A stretch of DNA of 64,000 bases from Candidatus Thioglobus sp. REDSEA-S12_B1 (GTDB lineage: Bacteria; Pseudomonadota; Gammaproteobacteria; PS1; Pseudothioglobaceae). Every line of letters starts with the position of its first letter. The stretch's first letter is position 1. The position numbers and the translations under genes were made by a program. Location: NCBI GenBank assembly GCA_001628405.1, contig LURN01000025.1:120-64119 (forward strand). Direction: 5' to 3'. Positions 29,807-40,050 of the stretch are shown here, piece after piece. The notes under the pieces are model-generated. The model was not told the DNA's origin. It ran no database searches and worked only from the letters and a program-made list of their open reading frames with translations.

Positions 29807-30226
29807 TTACATATTATCTAAAGCTTTTTGATAACGGTTTGCATGAGAACGCTCGGCTTTTGCCAAAGTTTCAAACCAGTCAGCAATTTCATCGAAACCC
29901 TCTTCTCTAGCCGTTTTAGCCATACCTGGATACATATCAGTGTACTCATGAGTTTCACCATGAACAGCACTTGCAAGCATTTCTTTTACTTCTTTCGCTG
30001 GCATATCAGTACCAGGATCTCCTACTCCGCCCTCAATCAGGTGCTCCATGTGCCCATGGGCATGACCAGTTTCACCCTCAGCTGTTGATCTGAAAAGTGC
30101 AGCCATATCTGGCTCACCTAAAACATCACACTGATTTGCAAAATAAAGATAGCGTCTGTTTGCTTGAGATTCTCCCGCAAATGCATCCTTTAGAGATTGC
30201 TCAGTTTTACTTCCACTTAAATTCAT
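29807..30226 (-). CDS. rbr: Rubrerythrin, short type without a rubredoxin domain
   Basis: [24 protein letters not shown]...MYP and AERSHA diiron motifs; no C-terminal CxxC pair. Confidence 0.92.
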   Translation of the reverse strand: MNLSGSKTEQSLKDAFAGESQANRRYLYFANQCDVLGEPDMAALFRSTAEGETGHAHGHMEHLIEGGVGDPGTDMPAKEVKEMLASAVHGETHEYTDMYPGMAKTAREEGFDEIADWFETLAKAERSHANRYQKALDNM

Positions 30227-30302
30227 AGTTTCCTCCGATAGGTTAAATGAGTGGTAATCATACCACTATTTTTTATAAAAATAAATTGAATAAATATGTA
30301 TA

Positions 30303-30327
30303 TAATATTCGTAAAAAACGAATATTA
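30303..30327. promoter_or_regulatory. LysR-type T-N11-A dyad, candidate OxyR site
   Basis: Perfect TAATATTCG-TAAAAAA-CGAATATTA ending 4 nt before the oxyR ATG, in the divergent rbr/oxyR spacer. Confidence 0.55.
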
Positions 30328-30331
30328 AATT

Positions 30332-31186
30332 ATGCCTTCTTTTAAAAATCTGCAGTATCTTGTTGCACTAAAAAAAACCAATCATTTTTCAAATGCAGCA
30401 AAAGAATGTTATGTTAGCGCATCAACTTTTAGTGCCGGAATTGCCAAACTTGAGAATGAACTTCAAGTTAAATTGGTCGAGAGGGATAATAAGAATGTCC
30501 GTTTTACATCGGCTGGAAATCGAATCGCAAAGCAGGCTATCTCAGTCCTATCTGAACTAAACGTATTAGTAAGCTCCTCAAAGTTAGACTTTTTTGAATC
30601 TGAGATAACGATAGGGATTATTCCAACAATCTCTACGTACATCCTACCAAATTTTTTATCTAATTTAAGTGGCCAATATCCTAAGCTAAAAGTATCCTTT
30701 CGAGAGGATACAAGTGAAAATTTATTGAAACAGCTTGATAGTGCGTCAATCGATTTTGCAATATTTGCATTTCCATATGAACTTCCAAATTATATTGAAA
30801 GTTTTCAAGTTTTTTCTGACCCTATTTATTTAATTCAACATAAAAATCGTAATTCAAAAAAATATGAAAATGAATCAGTATTAATGCTTGAGCAAGGTCA
30901 TTGTCTTCGTTCTCACATATTGCAAAATAACGAGATTCTAAATCAACATATATCTAATTTTTCTTGCACCAGTATTTCTACACTTGTTGCTATGGTTGAC
31001 TCCAATATTGGAGTGAGTTTTCTTCCGAAAATGGCAATTGACTTTGGAATACTTACTCATTACCCTAACATCAATCTTGAAAAGGGTTCTACAAAAGCAA
31101 AACGAGAAATTGGAGTAATTTATAGGAAAAATAACCAGCAGGAAGAAAACATCAAAAAACTAGCTAAACTTTTGATTAGAGACTAG
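30332..31186 (+). CDS. oxyR: OxyR-like LysR-family regulator
   Basis: LysR HTH, GIIPTI, EDTSENL and MLEQGHCLR (peroxidatic Cys motif); divergent from rbr. Confidence 0.8.
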   Translation: MPSFKNLQYLVALKKTNHFSNAAKECYVSASTFSAGIAKLENELQVKLVERDNKNVRFTSAGNRIAKQAISVLSELNVLVSSSKLDFFESEITIGIIPTISTYILPNFLSNLSGQYPKLKVSFREDTSENLLKQLDSASIDFAIFAFPYELPNYIESFQVFSDPIYLIQHKNRNSKKYENESVLMLEQGHCLRSHILQNNEILNQHISNFSCTSISTLVAMVDSNIGVSFLPKMAIDFGILTHYPNINLEKGSTKAKREIGVIYRKNNQQEENIKKLAKLLIRD

Positions 31187-31623
31187 TTATAGGGGTTATC
31201 AATTCCAATTTTGTCTAAATATTCAATCTCAATAGACTCCATTTTATTTGCCGAAGCCATATCAGTGTGATCATGTCCAAGCAAGTGAAGTATTCCATGA
31301 ATTGCCATATGGGTTAGATGATCGGAGAATTTCTTGTTACTCAAAAGAGCCTCTTCTCTAACTACATCGACACAAATAACTACATCGCCAAGCAAAGCCT
31401 CTCCAATTTCTTCGGGTATATCACTTTGAAATGAGAGCACATTTGTAACTTGGTTTTTATCCCTATACTCCTTATTTAGAACCTGAATTTCAACCGGAGA
31501 AACAAGACGTATTAATAACTCACTTTCCTCTACAGAGTTTTCAGTTAAAAAGTCTTGGCAAACTTTAATTAGACTATCTTCATCAATATTCTCATCGTTA
31601 ATGATATTTTGAATGACTACCAT
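31183..31623 (-). CDS. ybeY: rRNA maturation endoribonuclease YbeY
   Basis: LNKEYRDKNQVTNVLSF, LGDVVIC and HGILHLLGHDH. Confidence 0.95.
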   Translation of the reverse strand: MVVIQNIINDENIDEDSLIKVCQDFLTENSVEESELLIRLVSPVEIQVLNKEYRDKNQVTNVLSFQSDIPEEIGEALLGDVVICVDVVREEALLSNKKFSDHLTHMAIHGILHLLGHDHTDMASANKMESIEIEYLDKIGIDNPYN

Positions 31624-31675
31624 GACTAGTTAATATTGATAAAATACTTATTTTATCCCTAAATACTTTTTTATT

Positions 31676-33640
31676 TTGATGCAAATCGCTGAAGTTGCAA
31701 TTCCTGTTCCCTTACACAATACTTTTGATTACCTTTGTGCGGAAAGATTTGAAATTGGCGCAAGAGTCAAAGTTCCTTTTGGACGCAAAAAAGTTACAGG
31801 AGTTGTTCTAGCTCAAAAAGATAAAAGTCATTTTGAAAAACTTAAACAAGTTGAAGAAGTGTTAGATAACGAGGCACTTCTCTCAAATGATATTCTAGAA
31901 TTTTTGATGTGGTCAGCAAACTATTATCATCATCCCGTTGGCGAGGTAATCAATAATGCTATACCAAAAAATCTTAGAAATGGTCATCCTGCTTTAATTA
32001 AAAAACCCGGCGAAAAAAACTATAAATCTTCATCAAATGCATTTGAGTTAACCATAGAACAAATTCATGCAATCAATGAAATTGTAAAAAATTTAGAAAA
32101 TTTTAATGGTTTTTTACTTCATGGTGTAACAGGAAGTGGAAAGACAGAAGTTTATCTTAATATCACTGAAAAAGTGATCCAAGCTGGTGGTCAGGTTCTC
32201 GTATTGGTTCCAGAAATCGGTCTTACGCCTCAAATGATCTCAAGATTTGAAGAAAGAATCGATGGAAGAGTTGTTGCTGTTCACTCCCAACTCAATGAAA
32301 CTCAAAGACAAGATGCTTATCTCATGGCAAAAAATGGTGATGCCAATGTTATCCTTGGAACCAGATCAGCTATTTTTACGCCAATGCCAAATCTTGGTTT
32401 AGTCATTGTTGATGAGGAGCATGACGGATCTTTCAAGCAACAGTCTAATTTTCGTTACTCTGCTAGAGATCTCAGCTTTATGAGAGCAAAATTTGCAAAT
32501 GTGCCGCTCATACTGGGTACCGCAACCCCTTCTTTAGAAACTCTAAAAAATGTTTCAGAAAAAAAACTAACTCGTCTCACATTATCGTCAAGGCCAGGTG
32601 AGGCCATATTGCCTGATGTTCACTTAATTGATATGAGAAGTCAGAATAGTGAAGCGCTTTCCATTCCCCTAATCTCCAAAATAAAACATTACCTTGGATT
32701 AGGCAAGCAGGTTATGCTATTTATCAATCGAAGAGGTTATGCACCAATTTATTATTGTTTAGATTGCGGTTGGCAATCCGAGTGTACAAATTGTGACTCA
32801 AAGCTCGTCTATCATCGAAGCATTAATCGTCTTAAATGTCATCACTGCGGTATAGAGAAGGCGCCTGAATCATCCTGTCCATCCTGCAGAAGTAGTAGTC
32901 TAAAAATTCTTGGTTATGGAACTGAGAGGCTTGAAGAAAATCTAGAAACTCACTTTCCTGAAACTGAAGTCATTAGAATTGACAGAGATACAACTAGAAA
33001 GAAAAAAGCTTTTGCGTCTCACCTAAAAAAAATTAACTCAGGTGAGTCGTGCATCATCGTTGGTACGCAAATGCTTGCCAAAGGACATGACTTTTCAAAT
33101 TTAGCATTCGTTGGAATCTTAGATGTTGATGTTGGCCTGATGTCCACAGACTTCAGAGCTACAGAGCATTTAGCTCAACTTTTAATTCAGGTTTCAGGGC
33201 GTTGTGGACGTGGCGACTATAAAGGGGAAGTGAATATTCAAACCCGCTATCCGCATCATCCAATCTTTAATTATGTAAAAGATTCACGTTACACAGAGTA
33301 TGCAAAAACTCTTTTGTTAGAACGTAAAGAAACTCAATTACCACCTTATGCTCACCAAGCACTCATTTGTGCAAATGCCAAAAGCAAAAAATTAGCCGAA
33401 AATTTTCTTAATGAAATTGCACAACTTATCAACAAAATTGATATTGACTCTGTAGAGATATGGGGGCCTGTCCCTGGAATGATTGAAAAAAAATCAAATT
33501 ACTACTACTTTAATCTTTACCTTCAGTCAAACAATAGGAAAGAGCTTCGAAGATTAATCAAAACTTTTTATCACCATGTAGACAAGATAAAAGTTGCTTC
33601 ATCGGTGAGGTGGTATGTTGATATTGACCCAGTGGAATAA
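31676..33640 (+). CDS. priA: Primosomal protein N' (replication restart helicase)
   Basis: GVTGSGKTEVY, DEEHD, NRRGYA, two Zn CxxC pairs and GTQMLAKGHDF. Confidence 0.96.
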   Translation: MMQIAEVAIPVPLHNTFDYLCAERFEIGARVKVPFGRKKVTGVVLAQKDKSHFEKLKQVEEVLDNEALLSNDILEFLMWSANYYHHPVGEVINNAIPKNLRNGHPALIKKPGEKNYKSSSNAFELTIEQIHAINEIVKNLENFNGFLLHGVTGSGKTEVYLNITEKVIQAGGQVLVLVPEIGLTPQMISRFEERIDGRVVAVHSQLNETQRQDAYLMAKNGDANVILGTRSAIFTPMPNLGLVIVDEEHDGSFKQQSNFRYSARDLSFMRAKFANVPLILGTATPSLETLKNVSEKKLTRLTLSSRPGEAILPDVHLIDMRSQNSEALSIPLISKIKHYLGLGKQVMLFINRRGYAPIYYCLDCGWQSECTNCDSKLVYHRSINRLKCHHCGIEKAPESSCPSCRSSSLKILGYGTERLEENLETHFPETEVIRIDRDTTRKKKAFASHLKKINSGESCIIVGTQMLAKGHDFSNLAFVGILDVDVGLMSTDFRATEHLAQLLIQVSGRCGRGDYKGEVNIQTRYPHHPIFNYVKDSRYTEYAKTLLLERKETQLPPYAHQALICANAKSKKLAENFLNEIAQLINKIDIDSVEIWGPVPGMIEKKSNYYYFNLYLQSNNRKELRRLIKTFYHHVDKIKVASSVRWYVDIDPVE

Positions 33641-33643
33641 AAA

Positions 33644-34885
33644 TTAACTCTCTAAGTTACGAACGACCTCTCTCATTGCATTTGTAATTTTCAACAATTC
33701 TTGATCTGTAATTATAAATGGAGGCATTGTGTAGAGTAACTTGCCATAAGGTCTTAGCCAAACCCCATATTTAATTAGCTTTTCCTGGGTACTTTTCATA
33801 TCTAGAGGTTTCTTTAACTCCAAAACACCTATTGCTCCGATGACTCTTGCGTCATAAACGGATTCATAATTTTTCAGAGGCAATAACTCTTCTGCCAATA
33901 AACTCTGAATTTCGATTATTCTCTTTTTCCAATCATTTTTTAACAGCAAATCAATGCTTGCATTTGCAGCTGAGCATGATAGAGGATTTGCCATGAATGT
34001 TGGACCATGCATCAAAACTCCTACTGTATCCGAAATATTCTGATTGGTTATTGCAGCTGCCATAGTCATGTATCCACCAGTTAAAGCTTTGCCTACACAC
34101 ATAATATCTGGGGATATATCTGCATGGTTGCAACCAAACAACTCACCTGTTCGACCAAAACCAGTTGCAATTTCGTCTACGATTAATAGAACATTGTGCT
34201 TGTCACAAAGATGCCTAACGCCTTTAAGATAGTCCCTATGATAGATGTTCATTCCACCAGCGCCCTGAACAATTGGCTCAAGAATCATTGCGGCAATTTG
34301 TTCATGATTTTTCTTGAGCTGAGAGTCTAGGTCATGAAGAGCCTCTTCAGCGTTATCCATCTTTGGTCTTTCAACAAAAAAATGCTTGGGCAAGACACCT
34401 TTAAATAGATGATGCATTCCATTATCAGGGTCGCAAACACTCATTGCACCAAATGTATCTCCGTGATAACCACCTCTTGGTGTAATAAACTTTGATTTTT
34501 CTTGATAACCTTTATTTTGCCAATACTGAAGTGCCATCTTGAGTGAAACTTCTACTGATACAGAACCTGAATCTGCAAAAAAAACTTTATCAAGACCTGT
34601 GGGTGTTAGGCTGATGAGTTTTTTACATAAATCAATAGCAGGTTGATGAGTAAGACCACCGAACATTACATGCGAGACTTTATCAATCTGGGACTTAATA
34701 GCCTCATTCATAAAATTATTGTTATAACCATGAATCATGCACCACCAAGAGGACATGCCATCAATAACTTGAAGCCCATTTTTAAAATTCAGGTGGACTC
34801 CATCTGCACTCTCTACATGATAAGTAGAAACTTTATTTGGAATGTTGGCATAGGGATGCCAAATATGATCTTCTTCAATATTCAC
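33644..34885 (-). CDS. bioA: Adenosylmethionine-8-amino-7-oxononanoate transaminase
   Basis: IWHPYA, DGMSSWW, DSGSVSVEVSLKMA, YHGDT, DEIATGFGRTG and GKALTGG. Confidence 0.96.
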   Translation of the reverse strand: MNIEEDHIWHPYANIPNKVSTYHVESADGVHLNFKNGLQVIDGMSSWWCMIHGYNNNFMNEAIKSQIDKVSHVMFGGLTHQPAIDLCKKLISLTPTGLDKVFFADSGSVSVEVSLKMALQYWQNKGYQEKSKFITPRGGYHGDTFGAMSVCDPDNGMHHLFKGVLPKHFFVERPKMDNAEEALHDLDSQLKKNHEQIAAMILEPIVQGAGGMNIYHRDYLKGVRHLCDKHNVLLIVDEIATGFGRTGELFGCNHADISPDIMCVGKALTGGYMTMAAAITNQNISDTVGVLMHGPTFMANPLSCSAANASIDLLLKNDWKKRIIEIQSLLAEELLPLKNYESVYDARVIGAIGVLELKKPLDMKSTQEKLIKYGVWLRPYGKLLYTMPPFIITDQELLKITNAMREVVRNLES

Positions 34886-35553
34886 TGTAAATAATCTCGC
34901 AATTGCCTCATCGAATCAATGACTAAATCTGGATTTTCATCAGCAATATTATTGCCATGGTTGTAGCCATATGACATACATATAATGTTGAATCCAGCAG
35001 CTCTAGAGGCTTTGACATCGCTCACTGAATCTCCCAACATTAAGCACTCTTTTGGATTCAATTTAAAAAAGTTGGCACTATGTATTAGTGGAAGCGGGTC
35101 TGGTTTTTTCTTTTCTAGGGTATCACCAGAAATCACTATCTTAAAGTAATCAAAAATACCCAAAGATTTTAAAAGTGGAGTCGTAAACTGCTCGGCCTTA
35201 TTAGTAACACAGCCAATCAAATAGTCCTTTGACATAAGATAATTCAAGCCCTCCATAACACCGTCATACAAATGTGAACGTACACATGAGTTTCTAGAAT
35301 ATAAATCTAAAAAAATTGGAAATGCCTTATCAAACTCATCATTATTTGGAACCCCATCTAACTGACCAGTAAGCGCTCTCTCGACAAGTCTTGGAACGCC
35401 ATTTCCAACCCAAAGCCTAACTCTTTCATTGCCTATTGGAGGCTTACCCAGGGCAATCATCATCTCATCAACGCAGTAGGCCAAATCCGGAACACTGTCT
35501 ACAAGCGTTCCATCGACGTCAATCATGACCAACTTTGGCTGAAATTTTTTCAT
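34882..35553 (-). CDS. gph: Phosphoglycolate phosphatase (HAD)
   Basis: DVDGTLVDS, TNK, KKPDP, GDSVSD and YGYNHG. Confidence 0.9.
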   Translation of the reverse strand: MKKFQPKLVMIDVDGTLVDSVPDLAYCVDEMMIALGKPPIGNERVRLWVGNGVPRLVERALTGQLDGVPNNDEFDKAFPIFLDLYSRNSCVRSHLYDGVMEGLNYLMSKDYLIGCVTNKAEQFTTPLLKSLGIFDYFKIVISGDTLEKKKPDPLPLIHSANFFKLNPKECLMLGDSVSDVKASRAAGFNIICMSYGYNHGNNIADENPDLVIDSMRQLRDYLQ

Positions 35554-35578
35554 TAATGTTCTATATTTATGGCAACTT

Positions 35579-35587
35579 TGGTAGAAT
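35579..35587 (+). promoter_or_regulatory. Extended -10 element for proC
   Basis: TGgTAGAAT 32 nt upstream of the proC ATG. Confidence 0.4.
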
Positions 35588-35619
35588 TGAATTAAGCATT
35601 CATTTCACAGATATTTTAT

Positions 35620-36450
35620 ATGGAAAACAAAACAGTCATTGGATTTATTGGGGCTGGAAACATGGCCTATGCACTAATAAAAGGGCTTATTAGTGATGGC
35701 TTCAATGCAAAAAATATTAATGTCAGTGACTCTAATCAAGAGCTATTAGAAAATCGCAAATCAGAGCTCGGCGTTTCAACCTATTCTGACAATGTCTCAC
35801 TTTTAAAAAATAGTGAGATTATTGTTTTTGCTGTTAAACCTCAGGTTCTATCAAAGGTTTGCCATGAGCTCAATAATCAGGCTAATTCAAGTCAATTATT
35901 TGTTTCAATTGTAGCCGGAATTCAAAGTAAAGACATTACTCGATGGCTTGGAGGAAGTTTTTCGCTAGTCAGGACAATGCCTAACACGCCTGCTCTTTTC
36001 CAGTCTGGTGTTACAGGCCTATATGCAAATGAGCTAGTTACTCCAGATCAAAAAAAATCAGTTAACGTTTTACTATCTTCGGTTGGTGAGTGCTTTTGGG
36101 TGAACGAAGAGAATCTTTTAGATGCTATAACAGCAATTTCAGGCAGCGGGCCTGCGTATTTTTTTCTACTAATGCAATCGATGAAGCAAGCAGCGTTAGC
36201 CCTAGGGTTGGATGAAGAGACTGCTGACTCTTTAAGCATTCAAACAAGTCTGGGAGCAAGCATTATGGCAACTCACTCCGGGAAAGACTCAAAAACTCTT
36301 AGGGCCGAAGTCACCTCCCCAAATGGCACTACCCAAGCTGCAATTGAAACTTTTCAAGATCAGAATTTTGAAGGAATAGTTGCTGCTGCTACTAGGGCGG
36401 CCTATGATAGGGCTAGAGAACTCAGTAAAGAGCTTGGTAATATTGATTAG
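35620..36450 (+). CDS. proC: Pyrroline-5-carboxylate reductase
   Basis: GAGNMA, AVKPQ, RTMPNTP, SGSGPAY and VTSPNGTT. Confidence 0.96.
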   Translation: MENKTVIGFIGAGNMAYALIKGLISDGFNAKNINVSDSNQELLENRKSELGVSTYSDNVSLLKNSEIIVFAVKPQVLSKVCHELNNQANSSQLFVSIVAGIQSKDITRWLGGSFSLVRTMPNTPALFQSGVTGLYANELVTPDQKKSVNVLLSSVGECFWVNEENLLDAITAISGSGPAYFFLLMQSMKQAALALGLDEETADSLSIQTSLGASIMATHSGKDSKTLRAEVTSPNGTTQAAIETFQDQNFEGIVAAATRAAYDRARELSKELGNID

Positions 36451-36464
36451 CCTTTTATTCGACT

Positions 36465-37181
36465 TTAGTCCCCCCATAATAGCTGCATATTTGCAATAGC
36501 AGCTAATGAGGCTGTTTCAGTTCGTAAAATTCTCTTGCCAAGAAGAAGTGACTTATAGCCTGCATTTTCAGCAGTGGTCACTTCTTTTTCAGACAAGCCT
36601 CCTTCTGGCCCAATTAGGATAGTTGCTCTCAAGGACTCTTTAACCTGATTTAAATCTAGAGTTGCCCTATGATGCAAAACAAAACCATTATGACCCGGCT
36701 CATTTAAAAGATCATCAAGAGAAGCTGGCTGAGAGACATTGACTATTACTGAGCGACCAGATTGCTCACAAGCATGATTAGCTATTTTTTGCCAATGATC
36801 GATTTTTTTTTGTATCTTTTCACTCTTTAGTCTAACAACGCAGCGTTCTAAATTCATTGGGATGATTCTTGATACACCTAGTTCGACAGCCTTTTGTATC
36901 AAAAAATCCATTTTCTCTCCCTTAGCAATTCCTTGAGCAAGAGTAAGGTCTAATTTCGATTCAGTATTATTACTATTCTTAGAAATTATATTAATACATG
37001 TGGTTCTTTTTGCACTCTCGACGACTGCTTCATAATCAAAACCATCGCCATTGAATACGATAATATTCTTTCCAACAGGGAATCTCAAAACTTTATTGAG
37101 ATGGTGACTGTTATCATTGTTTAGGTCAACCTTCATACCTTCAGCAAAAGGTGTATTTTGATAAAGTCGTATCGTTTTCAT
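36465..37181 (-). CDS. rsmE: 16S rRNA m3U1498 methyltransferase
   Basis: QKAVELGV, IGPEGG and LGKRILRTETA. Confidence 0.95.
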   Translation of the reverse strand: MKTIRLYQNTPFAEGMKVDLNNDNSHHLNKVLRFPVGKNIIVFNGDGFDYEAVVESAKRTTCINIISKNSNNTESKLDLTLAQGIAKGEKMDFLIQKAVELGVSRIIPMNLERCVVRLKSEKIQKKIDHWQKIANHACEQSGRSVIVNVSQPASLDDLLNEPGHNGFVLHHRATLDLNQVKESLRATILIGPEGGLSEKEVTTAENAGYKSLLLGKRILRTETASLAAIANMQLLWGD

Positions 37182-37228
37182 GGTATCTTTCTTGGGTTGT
37201 TTAACAGTGATTTAATACACCTAATAAA

Positions 37229-38479
37229 ATGATACATCAAAAAAGAAGAGAGGAGTTGTTAAGCCGATTGCCACAAGATGCTGTAGTGATAGTCTCGACA
37301 AATAGTGAGCAAAAAAGAAATAGTGATGTTTGCTACCCTTTTCGTCCAGACAGCAATTTTTGGTATTTAACTGGCTTCGAAGAACCTGATGCAATTGCAG
37401 TATTTAGTCATAAAAACTATTCTATTTTTTTGAGGCCAAAAGATCATACGAAAGAGATATGGAATGGTATTAGACTGGGTGTAGATCTGGCTCCAAAAAC
37501 CTTATTGGCAGATCAAGCTTTTGATATTGCTTTATTTTTTGAGAAAATTGACTCTCTTGTAACTGATGAGTCATCAGTTTATTTTGACGCTCCAGGAAAC
37601 GGAGGTTGGAAGGATAATTCAAGCACCAATGTCCTCAACAAAAAAATACATTCAATCTACAAAGAATCATTACTCCCTCTTAACCCTCATGTTTCAGAAA
37701 TGCGTCTGATCAAAGATGAAAATGAAGTCAGGAATATGCAATATGCCGCAGATATAGCCGCGGAAGCACATTTAAACGCTATGCAGTCATCTCAACCAGG
37801 GCTTTATGAGTATCAAATTATGGCAGGTTTTGACTCTAAGTTTCGACAGGCAAACTGTGACCATGCATATCCTCCCATAGTAGCTAGTGGAAAAAATGCA
37901 TGCATTTTGCATTACACTGAAAACAACAAAGAATTGAAAGATGGTGAGCTCCTTCTTATTGATGCTGGGTGCGAAATCAATGGTTATGCGTCAGATATTA
38001 CGCGAACATTTCCAATCAACGGCAAGTTCACTGCAGCTCAAAAAGAAATTTATGAAATTGTCTTGGATGCGCAAAAATCAGCAATTGATTCTATTCAACC
38101 TGGGGCTAGCTCAAACCTCCCTCATGAAGTTGCATCTGAAGTAATAACAAAAGGCCTGTTAGATATAGGAATCATGAGCTCAGCTGATGACCTAACTAAA
38201 TTTTATATGCACAATACTGGACATTGGCTTGGATTAGATGTCCATGATGTAGGCAATAAATTGATTGATAATACATTTCGAAAATTCAAAAGTGGAATGG
38301 TCACAACGGTTGAGCCCGGCATTTATATCCGCAAGGATGATAAAATTGATTCTAAATACTGGGACATAGGAATCAGAATAGAAGATGATGTTTTGGTAAC
38401 TGAGTCAGGAAATCATGTACTCTCTAATAAGGCTATCAAGGAAATTGATGAAATTGAAAATTTTATGAGTCAGAGATAA
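37229..38479 (+). CDS. pepP: Xaa-Pro aminopeptidase
   Basis: AMP_N domain, LHY, IDAG, SDITRT, HWLGLDVHD, VEPG and RIEDD. Confidence 0.95.
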   Translation: MIHQKRREELLSRLPQDAVVIVSTNSEQKRNSDVCYPFRPDSNFWYLTGFEEPDAIAVFSHKNYSIFLRPKDHTKEIWNGIRLGVDLAPKTLLADQAFDIALFFEKIDSLVTDESSVYFDAPGNGGWKDNSSTNVLNKKIHSIYKESLLPLNPHVSEMRLIKDENEVRNMQYAADIAAEAHLNAMQSSQPGLYEYQIMAGFDSKFRQANCDHAYPPIVASGKNACILHYTENNKELKDGELLLIDAGCEINGYASDITRTFPINGKFTAAQKEIYEIVLDAQKSAIDSIQPGASSNLPHEVASEVITKGLLDIGIMSSADDLTKFYMHNTGHWLGLDVHDVGNKLIDNTFRKFKSGMVTTVEPGIYIRKDDKIDSKYWDIGIRIEDDVLVTESGNHVLSNKAIKEIDEIENFMSQR

Positions 38480-38481
38480 CT

Positions 38482-39498
38482 ATGAATATTAACCAAGCTA
38501 TTAAAGCCGTCATTTCAAGACAGAATCTAGTCGAGAGTGATATGCATGACGTTATGAATAGTATTATGACTGGTCAAACAACAGATGCTCAAATTGGTGC
38601 ATTTTTGGTTGGCTTATCTATGAAGGGTGAGACTATTGAGGAGATTACCGCTAGCGCCAAGGTAATGCGATCGCTGGCAACAGCTGTGAAATTAAAAAGT
38701 ACTGACTTCTTGGTGGATACATGTGGAACTGGAGGAGATGGCTTAGGTTTATTTAATATATCGACTGCCTCAGCTTTTGTTGTAGCAGCAGCTGGTGGCA
38801 AAGTTGCAAAGCATGGTAATCGCTCCATATCTTCAAAATCAGGCAGTGCAGATGTATTAGAGGCAGCTGGAATAAATCTTAATTTAGATCCAGAGACAAT
38901 TAGCCAATGTATTGAGGATATTGGAGTTGGCTTTATGTTTGCACCAGCTCATCATAGCGCTATGAAGCATGCCATTGGTCCGCGTAAGGAGTTAGCCGTT
39001 AGAACTATTTTTAACGTTCTAGGGCCATTAACTAATCCTGCTAAGGCTCCAAATCAAGTTATGGGTGTTTATGACAAAGACCTGGTTGAACCTATTGCAA
39101 ATGTGTTGAAGGGCTTGGAATCTCGCCATGTAATGGTTGTTCATTCTGAAGATGGGCTCGACGAACTCTCAATCGCAAATGAGACTCACGTTGCAGAGCT
39201 TAAAGATGGTCATGTCTCAACCTATACTATTCACCCAAATGATTTTGACATACAACTTGGCGACTTAGAAAAACTCAAGGCAGAAAATGCTAGCGAATCT
39301 CTTGCCTTAATTACTGACGCATTTGCTGGAAATAAAGGCCCTCATAGAGATATCATTGCGCTCAATGCTGGTGCAGCAATATACGTCAGTGGCATTGAAG
39401 ACTCTTTGGATAATGGCATTCTAAAAGCATGCGAATTATTATCTGATGGAGGCGCTCAAGCTAAACTTGATGCCTACATCCTGGCAAGTAATTCTTGA
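38482..39498 (+). CDS. trpD: Anthranilate phosphoribosyltransferase
   Basis: [37 protein letters not shown] and DGLDE. Confidence 0.97.
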   Translation: MNINQAIKAVISRQNLVESDMHDVMNSIMTGQTTDAQIGAFLVGLSMKGETIEEITASAKVMRSLATAVKLKSTDFLVDTCGTGGDGLGLFNISTASAFVVAAAGGKVAKHGNRSISSKSGSADVLEAAGINLNLDPETISQCIEDIGVGFMFAPAHHSAMKHAIGPRKELAVRTIFNVLGPLTNPAKAPNQVMGVYDKDLVEPIANVLKGLESRHVMVVHSEDGLDELSIANETHVAELKDGHVSTYTIHPNDFDIQLGDLEKLKAENASESLALITDAFAGNKGPHRDIIALNAGAAIYVSGIEDSLDNGILKACELLSDGGAQAKLDAYILASNS

Positions 39499-40049
39499 AG
39501 TTAGTCATGAATAAACAAACAAATCTTATCTGGATTGATCTTGAAATGACTGGATTAATCCCAGAAACTGATGTGATTATCGAAATAGCAACTGTAGTGA
39601 CGGATGCTAACTTAAATATTATAGATGAAGGGCCCTCTTTAGCGATAAGTCAAAATAGTGAACTTCTTGATGGCATGGATGAATGGAATACAAATCAGCA
39701 CAATCGCTCAGGCCTAGTAAAAAGAGTCAAGGAGAGCACTATTTCAGTTGTAGATGCTGAGAATCAAACTCTTGATTTTGTCTCAAAATATGTAGATCCT
39801 GGAGTCTCCCCAATGTGTGGCAATTCAATATGCCAAGACAGAAGGTTTTTATATAACTATATGCCTAATCTTGAGAAATTTTTCCATTATCGACATATTG
39901 ATGTCTCCACTTTAAAGGAGTTAGCAGTGCGCTGGAAGCCTGAAATTGTCTCTAGTTCATTTAAAAAATCTCGACACTTGGCTTTGTCTGATATTTATGA
40001 CTCCATAGATGAATTAAAATATTACAGAGAGCATTTCATAAAAGCTTAA
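39495..40049 (+). CDS. orn: Oligoribonuclease
   Basis: [29 protein letters not shown] and H..LSDI. Confidence 0.96.
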   Translation: MKLVMNKQTNLIWIDLEMTGLIPETDVIIEIATVVTDANLNIIDEGPSLAISQNSELLDGMDEWNTNQHNRSGLVKRVKESTISVVDAENQTLDFVSKYVDPGVSPMCGNSICQDRRFLYNYMPNLEKFFHYRHIDVSTLKELAVRWKPEIVSSSFKKSRHLALSDIYDSIDELKYYREHFIKA

Positions 40050-40050
40050 A

